NCBI GenBank assembly: GCA_951406725.2
Contig: OX597827.1
Span: forward strand, 3,658,001 to 3,722,000
Direction: 5' to 3'
Length of the DNA: 64,000 bases
Source of the DNA: Octopus vulgaris
Lineage: Eukaryota
Part shown: piece by piece, positions 1 to 12,103 of the stretch
Position numbering within the stretch: the stretch's first letter is position 1
Layout of the letters: the number at the start of each line of letters is the position of its first letter
Position numbers and translations under genes: made by a program
The notes under the pieces: model-generated
The model's input: only the letters and a program-made list of their open reading frames with translations
The model's database searches: none
What the model was told of the DNA's origin: nothing

Positions 1-154
1 TCAAATTCCGCCGAGGTCGACTTTGCCTTTTATCCTTTTGGGATCGATAAATAAAGTACCAGTTACGCACAGGGGTCGATGTAATCAACTTAATCCATCT
101 GTCTGTCCTTGTTTGTCCTCTCTGTGTTTAGCCCCTTGTGGGTAGTAAAGAAAT
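1..154 (+). mobile_element. SINE family A, 3' part (cut by window edge)
   Basis: Near-identical to 58318-58473 (tcaaattccg..gtcgactttgcctt..ccccttgtggg.a.taa.gaaata). Confidence 0.85.
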
Positions 155-204
155 ATATATTTAAATGTATCAAAATATTTCCCGACATCGCATACCTAGA
201 AAGT

Positions 205-600
205 TCTCTAAAGGTAGTAGATAGTTTCTGTTACATAGGTAACCGAACAAGTAGTGGAAGACAATGTCTTGAAATGAAAGTATAGTTGCTAGATTAAGAA
301 CAGGATGGATAAAGTTTAGAGAGTCATTACTTTTGTTGCTGACAAAAGGTCTCTCTCTTTCTCTCACTCTCTCTCTCTCTCTTGCTCTCTCTTTGAGTGA
401 AAGACAAATTGTACAATGCTTGTGTACAAATAGCAATGCTACATGGCAGAGAAACATGGACCCTGAATGCAGAGGACAGGCTATGACAAGAAAAGAATGA
501 AGCTTGTATGCTTCTGATGGATGTACAACATCAGTGTGCATATGCTACAAAGTGGAAATGTATTGAGAGAAGAATTGTGTATAAAAGGAATCACCTGTAA
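205..600 (+). mobile_element. Decayed RTE-clade LINE reverse-transcriptase C-terminal fragment
   Basis: Conceptual translation KVVDSFCYIG ... SIVARLRTGWIKFRESLLLLLTKGLS ... CVQIAMLHGRETWTLNAED..EKNEACML/WMYNISV, matching RTE motifs (V.SFxYLG, LYGSETW, EMRMLRW); stops, frameshift and a (CT)n expansion at about 350-393. Confidence 0.8.
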
Positions 601-759
601 TTTGGTAGTGACAGAACCATGCTACAGGTTTATTATACTGCTGCTCTCCATCCTTCCTGTACTGCCACTTAAAAACTCTTTCTGGAGCCATTTGTGATCC
701 CCTTTATATGAATATTTTCCTTCACCCTTATACATTATACACATATATAAATATGCACA

Positions 760-801
760 TTAATAATACATACATACATACATACATATATATATATATA
801 T

Positions 802-857
<56 letters not shown>

Positions 858-990
858 TGTATATATATATATACATAAATATATATATATATACATAAAA
901 TATATATATATATATACATATATATGCATATATAAGCATATATATATATATATATTTATGCACATATATATGCATACAAATGTATATACA
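760..990. repeat. (TA)n-rich compound microsatellite
   Basis: Direct inspection; similar arrays at 1245-1480, 2208-2270, 6635-6870, 21175-21360, 22340-22480, 27499-27780, 58790-58985 and many others. Confidence 0.95.
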
Positions 991-1258
991 GACAATAAGA
1001 AAATGGAGGAAAATCAACAAATAGAAGTGTATCTTTGGTGCTAAAAAGCCAAGATACACTTCTATTTGTTGTTTTCCCTCTATTTTCTTATCATCTATGT
1101 ACACATTAAACTACGGTTTACCTTTTCAAATTACCTGCTGCCGTATACCTTATGCTAAGGACCATACTTACTGAGGTGATTGCCAGGAGTGCCTCTGGAT
1201 ACTTCTACACCTTAGAGGGCTTAACACCTCTAACTTATACCTTATATGTATATATATA

Positions 1259-1360
<102 letters not shown>

Positions 1361-2099
1361 ATATATGCATATATATATATGTATGTATGTATATATATGC
1401 ATATATATATATGTATGTATATGCATATATATATATACACACACATTCACCTACACACATATCACACACACACACATGCACTTATATAAACAGAAATCTT
1501 ACTCTACGGCATGTATTGAATATGTCTTCCTCTTCCAAAAAGAAACATAGGAGATAAATGGAGAAAAAGCAGTGTGTGTGTGTATGTGTCTGTGAAAATA
1601 TATTTTGAGAAAAGATACAATGTATGAGTATATGTCGACAACAGATTATTTTGTCAACACATTTTTGTGTGCCAAACCAATAGTTGATGGACGCCATGCT
1701 ATATTACTGATGTATAATGAAGGAAAGTAAGACATCCAGCTTTAATAGCCAGAGTGTGATCAGGTGAGCATGTACAATGTAGTCAGCATACAAGAGTGTG
1801 GCTGGAGTTGAAAAAGTCATACAAAATTTGTAGTAGAAAATTGTGCTGGTAGGTGGACTTATGTAGTTAATGCACCATAGTGTTGGTTGGTAGACAAATA
1901 TATATAGTATATACTGTTAGTACACAGTGGTCATGTTGGCAGACCCCAAACTATTATTGTAATATTTAAGAAAAGAGAGAGAGATATGAATAAAAATGTT
2001 ATGAGAGACAGCATCCTATACGTCTATTTATCCATTTATCTATCTATCTACACACACTCACACACATACATACATGTATATATATATGTACATATATGT

Positions 2100-2206
2100 A
2101 CAGATCTGACTGGCCTGGTGCAGCCTTCGGGCTTGCCAGACCCCAGTTGAACTGTCCAACCCATGCTAGCATGGAAAGCAGACGTTAAACGATGGTGATG
2201 ATGATG

Positions 2207-2208
<2 letters not shown>
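2100..2208 (+). mobile_element. Repeat family C, 3' end with (GAT)n tail (probable RTE-related SINE/LINE tail)
   Basis: gtccaacccatgctagcatggaaagcagacgttaaacgatg(atg)n recurs at 26500-26632 (+), 40300-40520 (+), 13745-13865 (+), 5680-5960 (-), 30753-31050 (-), 41267-41415 (-). Confidence 0.8.
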
Positions 2209-2270
<62 letters not shown>

Positions 2271-2272
<2 letters not shown>

Positions 2273-2615
2273 TTGGATGTCATTGCACAGTACCAGTGTA
2301 AGAACACTATATATAACTACAGCCTAGGATTCAAAAGACCACAACTTTTCAATATCTGACCAAATCGCCTCAGAGATCTCAAAGGTGTAGATGTGGGTGT
2401 GTTCAAGCAATGAGTGGATAAATATTAATCCAACATACCAGATGAACCTACATCATGGTAAAAACTACAAAGAAGGGCAGCACTGTCTAGCTCAGAACTT
2501 CATCAGGACTGATTCAGGGGGCAGGACAAGAAAAATGGATCTAAAATAAACATGCATTAGTGCTAACGATGGTGCCCCAGTATGGCCCTGGCCTCTGGCA
2601 GAAACTGATAACAGA
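2271..2615 (+). mobile_element. Decayed CR1-group LINE 3' end (ORF2 C-terminus and 3' UTR)
   Basis: From 2321 reads SLGFKRPQLFNI*PNRLRDLKGVDVGVFKQ*VDKY*SNIPDEPT, matching the CR1-group C-terminal pattern GPxLFNxLPxxLR...FKxxLDxxLxxVPDEP. Confidence 0.75.
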
Positions 2616-3057
2616 AAATATATAGTTGTATATATATATATACATACACACACACACACACACATATAAACACACACATATGTATGTATGTATGTATGTA
2701 TTGCAATCACTCTCTTTCTTCCATTACACCCTCTTCTATCAATCATTACTGAAACCTGTGACTATCCCTCAATGTCTTGCATGAAAGTGCATGCCCTTGA
2801 CCTTCTTCCTTCTGTAAACTTTTTCCTACTACATTGTACCCTGGGTCCTGCCATTCACCTGATGTTGATATTTTACAAAGCGATTGTAGGTATATATCGA
2901 GCACCTGACACTACACTTTGTATCTTGCTAAACACTGAAGAGGTGTTCAAAAGATTATATAATTTTCAGCAAACAGTTGTGTAATCCTGCTGGTTAATTT
3001 ACTGAAACACATAGCTTTCACAAAGCACAAAACACCAACTACGTTTTTTGTAATTTT

Positions 3058-3118
<61 letters not shown>

Positions 3119-5045
3119 ATATTTATTTATAGACACATATCTGTGTGTGTGTGTATAATATACTTATACTGAGAAAGAGAGAAAGAAAGAGAAGAGTTAG
3201 TGAATGAGGGAAAACAGAGTAGGAGAGAAGGTAAATGGTAAAACTTTTAATTGCCATATTTTATATATATATATATACACACACACACATGCACACACAC
3301 ACATGCACGCATATATATATATATATATAAACATATATATATACATACATAAATATACACATATAATATGTTTAAATGTGTATTGGTATAGATATGTGTG
3401 CATGTGTGTGTGCGAGTATGTATGTTTTTCTTATAGGAAATGTTGAATCTAATGCTACATCATTTCAACGATAAAATAAATACAAGTTGTTTATATTTAT
3501 TACTAACAAAAAGTAAGTAAAAAAAAACAGTCTGAAACCATAAACAAAATAGTAGACAATAAAAGATAACAGCAATGGTGGTGATGATGATGCTGATGAT
3601 GGTATGATGATGATGATGACGATGATGACGATGAAACCTTATATATATATATACGATTGTATTGTTGAAATATATTTTTTTCATTATCAGCAATTTCCCC
3701 TTAATTACTCGAAGACAATAGTTTGGTCCTGCAGCACTCTTCTGATATAGCATTTTCAGACTGAAATTACTTCATTCACACAACAAATTCTATGTGACTG
3801 GACTTATTTTATCATCTTGTGTCTGTTATAACATTGCGACACATTGTTATTTTTTTCCCTCCCAATTATATCTCTTATACACAGAAACATCACCGGTTGT
3901 TTAGAGCACTTACGTTATGTTATGGTTTTTTTTATGTGTTTATGTAATTATTTATTTGTATTTTTTTCTTCTAAGTCTCCATTTATTGATAAAAGTTATC
4001 ATACATACACACATACACACAAATGCAAACATATACCAACTCCAAGAGTATGATTTTGGCTTAGAGGAAATGTTTCTTCGTTTAGTTTTGTTCTTTCTTT
4101 ATATTGTTATTTTTGTTTTATTTTCACTTTTTGTTTATTTATTTTCTTTTATCAACATGGTCTTTTATAAAATAGCTTTGCCCTGGCTGGATATTTTTTA
4201 ATTTCTACAAAATTACTATAGTTTATATTGCCAACAGGCTAAAATCCATTATATCAGCTAAGAAAAAGCATTTTTATCATGGTCACTTTTAATATTTCCT
4301 TTTTGCAATTATTAGAAAAAGCTGAAAGAACTTTTATCAGAATCTTTTGAAAGGTTTGAAAAACAAAAAGGGTGAAAAAAATGAAAGAAAAATTCATCAA
4401 TTTCAAAAACTGATGATTCTGTTAACATTTGACATTGCCTGAACCTTACTTCCAAGAACTGATTTATCTCAGTTATAAATTGCTCTCAGCAATCCTCAAA
4501 TTCCTTTCAAATACACAATTTCTTGCTTCATTGTACAATAGCAGACTTAGTAAATACACAAAGTATGTATGCTTAATTGGTTTTTGATGAAGAAACATGT
4601 CTCAAAAATTGGAATTGTTCTTTGGTGAAAACATTTGAAATATTTATAATTCTTGATGTTACTTTCTTTCTTGTAGCAATTCTTTCATAAATTGTCTTAA
4701 AATTTTTAAAACATTATCCTGAAAAGTGCCAAGATTAAGATTTACTACATTCAACATGTGATTTCTATTATGTATTTTTGCCTCAAGTAGTAAGTCATAT
4801 TACTTTTATTCATAATTTTTGTCATCATCATCATCAACATCATTAACATCCTCATTGTTAGTGTCATCATCATTTCATGTCCGCATGCTAGCTTGAGTTT
4901 GATTGTTTGACGAAATCTGATGGGTTGGAAAGCCACACATAACTTCAAAATCTTCAGTTTAGGCATAGTTCTTATGGTTTGATACCCTTCTAGTTCTTCT
5001 TAGTAAATACACAAGAAGTATATTGGGTACATTTTTTTCTTACCA

Positions 5046-5163
5046 CCTTAACCATTATAGAGCTTGTTTTTGCAGCCTCAACCGTTATAGAGCTTGTTTT
5101 TGCAGCCTCAACCATTATAGAGCTTGTTTTTGCAGCCTTAACCATTATAGAGCTTGTTTTTGC
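5046..5163. repeat. 30-bp minisatellite, about 3.9 copies
   Basis: Unit accattatagagcttgtttttgcagcctca starts at 5051, 5081, 5111, 5141. Confidence 0.95.
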
Positions 5164-6631
5164 CCCTTGCATCTCTAAACAGTCCTTTTTTCGTTTCAGT
5201 ATTGTTTCTCTTTGATTCCCCTTCCAAATATCAACTTTAACTTTGTTTCTCATCCTTTCAGAATTGGTGTAAGAGAAAGTATTAGCCATGTACTGTTAGG
5301 GGTCAATATAATTGACTAATGCCTTTGATTAATATCGCTGGCCTTGTGTCTAAATTAGAAATTATTTGAGGGTAGCAGATTGTCAGGCACAGTACCACAG
5401 GATATTTGTTTTGGCACTTAATTCTCCTAGTTCAAATCCCATAGCAGTTAAACTTTGCCCTTCATCACTCCCATAAGTAAAAATGGGTTTGCAAAGAGCC
5501 AAAATCCCTACCAAGAAAAAAGCAGAGCATTGATGACAATTTAAAATGAACCAGACCCAGGAGAGGTGCAGACAGCATAGAATTGAGAACAGAGGGAAGG
5601 GCTTACATAAGTAAGTCAAAGGTGTTGCAGCCTTAACCATTCTCTTTTTCTTTTACAGATATATTATGCCTAGAAATACATCATCATCATCATCATTTAA
5701 CATCCATTTTCCATGCTGGAATGGGTTGGATGGTTTGACTGGAAACTGGTAAACTGCACCAGGGTACAATCTGATTTGGCATGATTTCTACAGCTGGATG
5801 CCCTTCCTAATACCAACCACTCCAAGAGTGTATGAATGCTTTTTACATGACAGTTACGAAACACTGACATCAGCCATGACTGCAATTTCGCTTGGCTTCA
5901 CAGATCTTCTCAAGCACAGCATATTGCTAACGGTTTTGGTCACTTGTCACCGCCTCCGTGAGATCCAATACATTATTTAACATCTCATCTCCAGTTTTTT
6001 AGAGACAGTATTCTGTAATTTGAGGATAATTTGGCAGCTATTTCTAGCAGGTCAGGAATGTATGTAGAAGCTTCCAACTTGGTGTGAAAATGGTACAGCT
6101 CATTGGCATCATTCTTAAGAAGAATGGAGGTGAGTGAAAGTGGTGTGTAAGCAGAAAAATAGAGTACCGAAACTAAAGGGTCCTCTGGACAATGTAAACC
6201 TGGAGATATAAAATGTAAGGTTGATCTTGGATGCAATGAATCTGATCATGGGTCTGCCCAAACAGGATTGATCTGAAGATAAACAACAACAACAATACCG
6301 GAATTCCATCTAGATTACCATTGTATTTCATTTTTCTGGGAGTCGCTAAGTTATTTGGTGAAGACAATGACTAATGACAGCAAAAACAACAGCAACGATA
6401 ATAATGTGCTAGGGTTTGTGTGATAACAACATCAATAGATCTGAATATCATTCAGATGTCTCGTTAAGTTTGTGTGTAAATGAGCATATGTGGGTTTGTG
6501 TGTGTGTGTATGTATGTATGTATTTATTAGGATGTATGTCTGTATGTCTGTAGATTGGAGGTAGGTAAGTATGTAGGTAGTTAGGTGGTTGGATGAATGG
6601 ATGGATGAACAGATGAATGTGATGGACAGAA

Positions 6632-6686
<55 letters not shown>

Positions 6687-6723
6687 AAAATATATTATAT
6701 ATATATATATATTTATGATATAT

Positions 6724-6829
<106 letters not shown>

Positions 6830-6835
6830 TCATAA

Positions 6836-6869
<34 letters not shown>

Positions 6870-6971
6870 GGAGAGCGAGAGAGAGAGAAAGAGAGAGAGA
6901 GAGATGAACGGACACATATCGAAGACAGCAGAGAATGAAATAAATGAGAGAATGAGACAAAGTGAATGGAA

Positions 6972-7012
<41 letters not shown>

Positions 7013-7767
7013 AGGAGAGTATGCATGTGTATGTGTGTGTGTAAGTGGATGAAATAAGAAAAGTTCTTAGAAAACAATTTCTTCTAATTGGATGACTGTA
7101 TTTGAGAAGCACATTGGCAAAGTCTTAAAAGATGCAACAACCAATCAGGAAATGATATCTAATGGATGATGTTGGACCAAAGCCATCACAGGAAGCCTCA
7201 GAACGACATCCATCTTCAAGCAATATCCTTTGTAGATTAAGGTGTTTGACGATTGCCGTCAATTTGATGTTCCCAGAAAGTAAATGCTTGTCGTAATTTT
7301 CTTACATCCTTTTATCCACTGCCATTAGTGAATGGCGCCACTAGTGTAATGGAGACGTATTTTGAGATCTCGGAGCTAGCCTTGTTAATAAGGTATCGAT
7401 CTTGAGAACTGGGTACTACTCAAGCTGTTAAGGTATCACCCTGTTGAAAGTAAGAGCTACTCTGAATGTAAAGGTGTCAGTCGAAGTTAGTCTAGGTGAT
7501 AAAGGATCACATTTTGAGCTCTGGGGCTGCCAATCAGGAAATGATATTGTAGATAAGATGTCAACTGGGGTTAGCCTAGTTGATAAGGTACCAAATTTTG
7601 ACATCTAAAGCTACCCTAGTTGACAGGATAATCCCAGGTTTTACGAAAGCTTGGATTAGCTTAGTTGGTGTGAGAATTGAGGCAACCCTAGTTGATAAAG
7701 TATCAATTATGATAGCTATGGTAAACCTAGTTGGTAAGAAATCAAATCTTCAAGCCCGGGGTCACCC

Positions 7768-7823
<56 letters not shown>

Positions 7824-7854
7824 CATTATTATTATTATCATCATCATCATTCCA

Positions 7855-8349
7855 CCAAGGTTGACTTTGCCTTTCATCCTTTCGGGGTCAATAAAGTACC
7901 AGTCATGCACTGGGATCAATGTAATCGACTCATCCCCTCCCCCCAAATTTCAGGCCTTGTGCCTCTAGTAGAAGGGATTGTTATTATTATTACATCAAGA
8001 TCAACTTTGACTTTCATCCTTTCGGGTCAATAAATTTAGTACCAGTTGCATACTGGAGTTGATCTAATCAACTGGCTCCCTCCCACTAAATTTCAGACCT
8101 TCTGCCAAAAGAAATAAAGGATTATTATTATTATTATCAAGATGGCAAACTATCAGAATTATTAGCATGCTAGCCAAAATGCTTAGAGGCATTTCTTCTG
8201 GTTTCACATTATGAGTTCAAATTCCATCAAGGTCATCTTTGTCTTTTATCCTTTTGGGGTTGATAAATTAGTATCAGATCAACATTGAGTGTCAATGTAA
8301 TCGACTTATCCACCAACCCCCACCAAAATTTCAGGCCTTGTGCCTATAG

Positions 8350-8413
<64 letters not shown>

Positions 8414-8660
8414 TTCATGGAATCGGCAGAATGATTAATTTGGTGAGATTGGCAGAAACATTAGAGTGCCAAACAAAATGTCTAATGGAACTTCTGGTTC
8501 TTTACATCCTTTGTTCAAACGTTGCTGAGACTGATTTTTGCCTTTCATCCTTTCAGGGCCAGTAAAATAAAGAACCAGCCAAGCACTGGTGCTGTTGGTT
8601 TCAAGGAACTCCTTCTCCTCAAAACTGCTGGCTTTGTGCCTGAACTTGAAATCATTATCA
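7855..8660 (+). mobile_element. Cluster of four head-to-tail, diverged SINE family A copies separated by (ATT)n
   Basis: Core gactttgcctttcatcctttcggggtc-like motif at about 7863, 8010, 8236, 8537; (ATT)n runs at 7770-7838 and 8351-8410. Confidence 0.85.
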
Positions 8661-9075
8661 TTGGGTTTTTTTTATGAATATTTTTATGAATATTTTACCC
8701 TCTAAATTTATCATTGTATAACATTTTCCGACCATTTCCTTGTACGTTTTGTTCTATTACCTCAGATACATGTTTGCATGAGAAATGAGATATTTTCCAT
8801 TTTTATTACCTTCTTTTTATTCTTTACGACTAGAAATATGACGCAGGTGAGACCAGAATATCGTCCTGACTTTACGGTGCATAAATTGTATGGAAATTAA
8901 TGTTTTTATAAATGTTTGTATAACCAGAGGGAAATAACTAAACCAATATACATATACGTCATGTCTTTCACAACTGGTGTGATGACATTTCCCAGGAAAT
9001 ATTGGCACAAGCAGTTTTACATCAGACTTGGAGCTGATTTTCTTTGCATTTGATATTTAACAATTTTGTTTATAA

Positions 9076-9463
9076 CTAGCAGTATCGCCCGGCGTTGCTC
9101 GGGTTTGTAAGGGAAATAACTATATAAGCATTTTTAGAGATGTAAAGTATAATAGCCATCTCAATATGGCTAACCACAAAGGGAGGGGGGTTACTGTAGC
9201 TTTTTACGTTCTGAGATTCAATAATACATTTTTAGAGAGTTATATATACCAAAAATGCATTAAAAATGGGAAAAATTGATGGTAAATTTTTTTTAAAATC
9301 GTAGACTCATCGTAGACACGCGCTAATACCCAGAAGGGCTCGATATGAATCACGACTATAAGATACCCGGTTTTGGTTAAACTGCACCGCAAAATGTGGG
9401 AGTAGTTAGGAATCTAAATCGTAGGAGACAGACAGCACACAACCTCTCTTTTATATATAAAGA
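9076..9463 (-). mobile_element. Complete non-autonomous Helitron, 388 bp
   Basis: Minus strand starts TCtttatatataaaagag and ends cccgagcaacgccggg (GC-rich hairpin) cgatactg CTAG; inserted between A (9464) and T (9075) with no TSD, the canonical Helitron signature. Confidence 0.88.
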
Positions 9464-10189
9464 TTTCACTTCTTACTCTTTTAATTCACTTTTCACCCAC
9501 TTCACATCCACCGGTAGTTCTAGTAGGTTTGTAGGTATTTTAAGAATACCTCTTGGGCTGTACCCTACATAGTTATGGGTTTCCCTCTGGTGAGGAATAG
9601 CACTCATTTAGCCACCCTGCCAGGGACATGGTGAACTCAAGGTGGACTGTGAAGAGGTAACAGAAGAGCTCAACTGAGCCACAGAGCTTCTTACATTGAT
9701 GCTGAGCAAAGGAATCCTAGAAGATCAACAGTCACCAATCTCTATCAAATGAGTAACTGCAATGCATCTAGAGTTGTGTAACCAGCTAATGAAAGGCTCA
9801 CTATGACTCAAACTCTCAATTCAAATCTCTAATAATGGAACTGGATGGTGACGGTGTCATGGGAATCTACGAAAGCAGCATGATCGAATAAAAAAGTAGT
9901 TATACCAAATTCTCACTCCTGTATGCTGGTTCATTTTTATCAAACCCCAAAAGAATAAAAGATATGTTGACGTCAGTGGAATTTGAACTCAGAGTGCAGG
10001 AGTTGGATTACATGGCACAATGTTTAGTCTTACAGCTGAAATGTGTTTGGTAGCTATTTTGAGAGTGGAAATGTAAAGAGTGTAAATAAAATATCAACAG
10101 CTTGTAAAGCAAACCATTTTGTTTTGTCTACCCCTGGTTTTGCTTATGTAACTACAGTCTTATTTTAACACTATGAGAGTATAATAATG

Positions 10190-10221
<32 letters not shown>

Positions 10222-10222
<1 letters not shown>

Positions 10223-10430
10223 GTTTCAAATTTTGCCACAAGGGCAGCCATTTTGAGGGAGGGGATATATTGATTACATTGACCCCAGTGTTTAACTGGT
10301 ACTTAATTTATCGACTCCAAAAAGATAAAAGGCAAAGTCGACCTTAACAGAATTTGAACTCAGAATGTAGTGATGTGCTAAGCACTTCATCCAGTGCACT
10401 CACAATTCTGTCAGCTGACCGCCTTATCAA
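10222..10430 (-). mobile_element. SINE family A copy
   Basis: aaaaggcaaagtcgacc..gaatttgaactcagaa is the reverse complement of the family A core; adjacent (AAT)n at 10180-10221. Confidence 0.85.
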
Positions 10431-10431
10431 T

Positions 10432-11583
10432 AATCTTACTATAATGGGCATTATGTCCGTCTGTCTGTTCCTTTGTCTGTTCCCTCTTCACAGCCAGACA
10501 GCTGGACCAATGGTCACAATATTTTTCGGGATTACAAAGACGGTCGTTAGGAAGGTTTTTTAACATTAAAAAATCAGAAAATATGGATACTGATTTTTGA
10601 ATTGATAAACCACTTTTGCATTTCTATTTAAAAATTAACTGACCACTAGTAACTCTGGATTTCCATCACATGGTTCATGGTCCCATCGTAGATATGAAGG
10701 GGATCACGAGGACGGTTCATAGCAAAAATAAAATGGAAAAAGTGCGTGTCAGTATATAGTGTGTGCAATTATTTGGTGGTTATTGAAGTGTGTCAGTCTC
10801 AAGCAAAATTCGAAATGGTTAATGGAAACAGCTGTCGTTTACATCTCAGTTTTGTCAATCAAAATAATCCAAGGTACCAGAACATCCAGACATTTGCAAA
10901 GAACAGTGAGAGGTAAGACTTAGTTTGATATTTCGCAACCCTAAAGATTCCGCTTGTGCATTCACAGCAAACAAGGCACAGGGCCAAACTTTAGATCATG
11001 TAGATGTATTCTTACCCACTCTGTTGTTTACACACAGCCAGTTATACGTCACTATGAGTCCAATAATTTGAAGATTAGTGTCGACTAAACAGAAAATATT
11101 GTCTACAAAGAAGTTTTGTAATCAAATTAATATTATCGAAAGGAATATGATTCATAATTTAAATAAGGAAATTTGTGAACTTTGAATGTATAAGAGTATA
11201 AACAAGTGTAAAACAGTGTAAACAACTAAAATAAAAGTATATCTAAATAGCATTTTTTTCTTAATACTTTTTATGTAGTGGTCGAAGGAACCTCTGGCTT
11301 TTGTTAGGAGTGGTCCCCATAACCATTTATGATACAGTCGGCTGGGAGCAGGTTCAGGAGTGAATTGTCACCATGTCACTTAGTCACAAACACATGTCAT
11401 ATAGCTGCAATAAAATGCTGTATCACCAACAATAATGTGATTTATCTAAGACATCATCCAGTAATCTATCAAAGTCCATTTACATTTACACATTTCTCAA
11501 TTTACACGTTTCTCAATACATACTGCTACTATGACTTCCCTCCCTCATTTTATACCTTCATCGTAGAAGGGTAGATTTGCTAA
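10432..11583 (+). mobile_element. Internally deleted Helitron with Pif1-family helicase C-terminal remnant
   Basis: 10958-11059 reads AFTANKAQGQTLDHVDVFLPTLLFTHSQLYVTMS (SF1/Pif1 motifs V-VI, cf. TINKSQGQTL...VFSHGQLYVALSR); 11089-11121 reads TENIVYKEVL*, the typical RepHel C-terminus. Putative 5' TC at about 10434 followed by gtctgtctgt; 3' end decayed (ctaa at about 11580), so boundaries are uncertain. Confidence 0.8.
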
Positions 11584-11587
11584 TAAT

Positions 11588-11639
<52 letters not shown>

Positions 11640-12066
11640 GTAATAATAATAATTCTATGAGAATGATTGCCACTTATGTAAACATTTGTTTTTAACATAA
11701 CTTCATTTGATTTTTGTAAATGAACAGTCTGGTGTTTTTATTTTAATGGCCTATTAATATACAATAAGTTTCTTTTCCTAGGTGTCGGGGAGACACTCAG
11801 CAAGAAATGGAAACAAAATTGAAAGAGGAAAAACTAATAATAATAATAATAATAATAATGATAATTTCTTTATTACCATAAGGGATTGAAAAAATACAAA
11901 AATATGAGGGGTTTTAAAGAAGAAAAAGAAAATGTGTAGTGTAAAAGACATATTTGCAAATAATGAAAGGTGAGAGAGATTGTATACAATATAGAGGGAT
12001 ATATTAAGATTTTCAAAGTACACACACTAATAACTCAGGTAATTCACTGCCTTCTACACACACACA

Positions 12067-12103
<37 letters not shown>

